Of a stretch of 64,000 nt of DNA, positions 63,931 to 64,000 are shown in pieces. The translations under genes and the position numbers were made by a program. The notes beneath the pieces were generated by a model. It worked only from the letters and a program-made list of their open reading frames with translations. It made no database searches and was not told the origin of the DNA. The stretch comes from a virus (Duplodnaviria; Heunggongvirae; Uroviricota; Caudoviricetes): the IMG/VR virus record IMGVR_UViG_3300021399_000109, positions 30,710 through 94,709 of that record. The stretch is one strand, 5' to 3'. Positions within the stretch are counted from its first letter, which is position 1; each line of letters opens with the position of its first letter.

Positions 63931-64000
63931 ACAATTACACCAGTAAACAAAAACTTATTTTAATTAAAAGGAAAGAAGAAAAAAACATGAAAATGAGCAA

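Noticed and set aside
1-64000. Stop-codon reassignment (alternative genetic code)
   Set aside because: Large genes are intact in the standard code, the two interruptions are explained by introns, and no suppressor tRNA is present.
1-64000. Integrated prophage boundary or host chromosomal DNA
   Set aside because: No integrase, att-like junction or host housekeeping block is visible; lifestyle cannot be decided from this window.

Overview
AT-rich segment of a large tailed dsDNA phage or prophage, probably of a Firmicute host (inferred from AGGAGG RBSs, sigma-A-type promoters and cell-wall-binding repeats). Positions 1-55.6 kb are almost all minus-strand. In transcription order they hold: many small early/accessory ORFs (55.6-42.1 kb); an operon with four FE[TS]NSSS-motif paralogues, a radical SAM enzyme, an IscS-like desulfurase and a YonO-like single-subunit RNA polymerase (42.1-34 kb); HU, three tRNAs, PhoH, ClpP-like protease and a phosphoesterase; and an SPbeta-like morphogenesis module (terminase, portal, prohead protease, capsid, tail, and a tape measure of at least 3987 aa that runs off the window). 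Two unannotated group I introns are present. One splits the terminase Walker A motif, and the other splits the tape-measure core and carries a Vsr-like endonuclease. At 55.7-56.2 kb the coding strand switches across an origin-like interval with DnaA boxes. The plus-strand arm (56.2-64 kb) is a solitary amidoligase followed by nine stand-alone promoter-RBS-ORF-terminator cassettes (the last is partial). These are separated by clusters of one 12-bp motif (RTTGTTAAAAAC, about 88 copies by manual count), including a strictly 29/30-bp phased array and long perfect inverted repeats. The motif/cassette arm and the radical SAM-NSSS cluster are the best candidates for undescribed systems. All family calls are from motif recognition by eye; no database searches were run.
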